Below, in pieces: positions 61,585-64,000 of a stretch of DNA of 64,000 bases (position 1 is the first letter of the stretch; each line of letters opens with the position of its first letter). Position numbers and translations under genes: made by a program. Below the pieces are notes generated by a model. The model saw only the letters and a program-made list of their open reading frames with translations, was not told the origin of the DNA and did no database searches. The stretch is from Macrostomum hystrix (Eukaryota > Animalia > Platyhelminthes), in assembly GCA_950097015.1 (NCBI GenBank), contig CATNEN010000026.1, positions 372,001-436,000 of the forward strand. The letters run 5' to 3'.

Positions 61585-63450
61585 ATATAGAGCATGGTGT
61601 GAGCCTTATAGTGCCCGCTATTTCAAGCAGATGGTTCACTGGCGGGCTTTATTTTTCGTCCATCTGTCTATGGGACATATATGGGCTTTAATTTGGCCCG
61701 ATAACCGCTATTTATTAAAGTAACAACAACAGTAGCAACACAGGGTGGTTAAAATCAACGTAGCAGGCAACAAAAACAAGTTAAAAAAGGCGAGTGAGAA
61801 AGGATTAGTTTGACGCAATTTTTCCATGTCCAATTATTAATTACCACACTACAATTGTTCAGATGGAAGTGGATTGCGATATCACTGCTTCGTGATTGTT
61901 CGTGGGCTGCACCATCGATCACAGCGGAACATTCTTGAAGTTGCACGTCACTGGTCCGTTTGTACTGGCGCACGCCGACCAAGCTCCTGTGGCCAGTTGT
62001 CTCCATGATTTTTTGTTCATCGAGTCCAGCATGGTACAATCTTGTGGCACAAGTGGCTCGCAGGCTGTGATTCCGCTTGTTTCCCTGGACACCCGATTCT
62101 TCACAGAGACGCTTCAACATGGTCGAAACGGTATTCTTCCCAAGTGGACGCTTGTTGTACAAACATGTCTCAGTAGGATTCCGCATTGCCTGCAGGCAAA
62201 AGCGACTGGTGTCTACTGGGCGTAAACTGACAAACTTCTTAAAGAGTCGAACATGGCTGCGTTCGAGCTTAGCAACGTCCGGATAGTGCAGGATTTCTTT
62301 GGGAGCAACGTGCTTGTCTTTCAGCCTCCAGTGAAGGTCTTTGAGTTTCTCTCTTGGTAGATCAGACACTCTACGCCGTCCCTGTTTTCAACTCGAAATT
62401 GGTCGATAGTCAGGTTACAATGTTCTTCGCGACCCCGAAGCGCGAAGTGCAGGCCATTAAGATAGAAGAGGGTGCGAGTCAGTTGGTCAGGGTTCTTGTC
62501 ACCAAGTTGCTTCTCCCAAAGTTGCGCTTCTTCTTCGAAAGAAATCGTTTCAGCGCTCTCGCGCTTTAGGCCATTGCCCTCTTTAGTAGAAATTTTCATA
62601 GCAGCATCAATCGAATCAGTGACGACTTTGAAGTCCTGACCCCGAAAGAAGTCCACGGGTGGACTTTTACTGCAAGTACTGGCCTGACGCTGTAGTCCAG
62701 CAGCGATGGAGACAATTGATCCAGGGGGATAGCGTTCTCCATTTTGTTTCCGAACCTCGTGGAAAAATCGCGGTAGCAAGTCCCGTAGCTGGTCGTGACT
62801 CAGTTCGCCAACCGTGTCTGGAAGTCGGGGGAATCTGGTAGCCATCCAGGCGGTGAACACTTTACTCGCCCACTTGTCTCTATCTAATGTCTTTGATGAC
62901 TTCATACTGTGGTTAAGAGCCATGGCATCTTCAAAAGTTATTGCTGATCCGAAGCGATTCGATTGAGACGTTCCGGACTCCTCCGACGTAGCTGTTGTCA
63001 TGTAGCTGCCAGTAGTTACGACGGCTGAGATATCATGATGTTTACGAAGGTCTCCACCGTCAGATAAAACAGCATCGATGTCAGATTGACGCAGTCGATT
63101 CGGATCGAAATCACTAACAAAGTCTTCTCTATAGTCTACAAGTGGATTTATTCTATATGACTCTTCCATCGCAGAGCAGATGTAAAGATAAGACTCGTTC
63201 GCTTAATTTGTGGCTCAGCTCAATTCGCCTTCAGCTGGCTTATACTGGTCAACTTTAGCTCGGGCCATAGACAAATAAGCTGCTACGTCGAGCACCGAAA
63301 GTGAATTTCTTAGTTATCTCAGCTCGCTAGCTCATAGACTGGTCAACTGAATTTGGCCATAGACATAAACTGCAACCAGCCGTCTAATTTTTTCGGGCAC
63401 TATTTAGCTAATGCCCGGAATATCTATAAGGCTCACAACATGCTCTATAT
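61585..63450 (-). mobile_element. Crypton-type tyrosine-recombinase DNA transposon, about 1.87 kb
   Basis: 27-bp inverted repeats (61585-61611 / 63424-63450, 1 mismatch) enclose a single recombinase gene. Confidence 0.85.
61755..63169 (-). pseudogene. Crypton/DUF3504-like tyrosine recombinase, about 471 aa, split by one 1-nt frameshift near 62325
   Basis: KWASKVFTAW, FFHEVRKQNGERYPPGSI, FALRGREEH (R), RNSKT (K), NHSLRAT (HxxR), TGHRS (H), VRQYKR (Y). Confidence 0.9.
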
Positions 63451-63469
63451 GAGATAAAGCACGACTTGG

Positions 63470-63620
63470 GGGTAGAACAGCGGCAGGCTTGAGGATAGAA
63501 CAGGGGCAGACTTGGGGGTAGAACAGAGGCAGACTTGGGGGTAGAACAGGGGCAGACTTGGGGGTAGAACAGGGGCAGGCTAGAGGGTAGAACAGACGTG
63601 AGGGTAGAACAAGGGCAGGC
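63470..63620. repeat. 23-bp G-rich minisatellite (ttgggggtagaacaggggcagac)n
   Basis: Tandem copies 3' of the PSMG3-like gene. Confidence 0.85.
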
Positions 63621-63649
63621 ATTAAGAGAAGATGCACTAAGAAGCGGGC

Positions 63650-63985
63650 CTAGGTCTGCGGCCAAGTGCGATATTGGGCCACCAGTTCGCAGAGCAGCTG
63701 CACCCTGTCCCGACTCTCGTCGGCCAAGCATATGCTGACAACAGCCGACGGCTTGTCGGCTGCCGCCCGACGAAGACTGGCTCGCAGAAGCCGCGCCACC
63801 TGCGCCGTGGCGGGCGATTTCGGGGCGCCGAATCTCGCCTCAGTGGAGCCGGAGTCGACTGCGTAGAAGCAGCCGAGTTTGCCGGTGTCTGAGACTGACA
63901 GAAGCAGACAGTCGGCGAATTCAAGGACGCACAGGTGAACGGGCTGCCTGTTGGAGACGATGTCACCCGCGAACTGCTGCTCCAT
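63650..63985 (-). CDS. PSMG3: Probable proteasome assembly chaperone 3 (PAC3); the 5' end may lie outside the window
   Basis: About 111 aa; FADCLLLSVSDTGKLG resembles PAC3 FSSHILVVVTQFGKMG, with a similar size and near-terminal Trp. Recognised by eye only. Confidence 0.5.
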   Translation of the reverse strand: MEQQFAGDIVSNRQPVHLCVLEFADCLLLSVSDTGKLGCFYAVDSGSTEARFGAPKSPATAQVARLLRASLRRAAADKPSAVVSICLADESRDRVQLLCELVAQYRTWPQT

Positions 63986-64000
63986 TGTGTACACCTTTGG

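Overview
Eukaryotic (invertebrate) genomic DNA, not prokaryotic. GC-rich exons with Ala/Gly/Gln runs, AT-rich introns packed with minisatellites and a flatworm-like H2B suggest a free-living flatworm such as Macrostomum (inference only). I assembled spliced genes by hand with frame-consistent GT-AG junctions: 3' part of an SLC17-family transporter (+), a solo histone H2B with stem-loop (+), flotillin-2 (+), MEPCE/Bin3 (-), USP20/33 (-), PRKCSH (-), AGFG1/HRB (+), an unrecognised two-exon gene (+) and a probable PSMG3 (-). The mobile content is rich. It includes a Crypton-type tyrosine-recombinase element with all catalytic residues, one 1-nt frameshift and 27-bp inverted ends. It also includes an intact DD34D mariner with ~202-bp TIRs, one of which is interrupted by a 272-bp element built like recombinase sites. 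There is a 5.7-kb hAT with an intron-containing transposase and nested MITE, mariner and Gypsy pieces, plus several MITE families with verifiable TSDs and a tRNA-derived SINE family. The most promising lead is the Crypton plus the putative non-autonomous recombinase-type insert. Coordinates were counted by eye; repeat boundaries are approximate.
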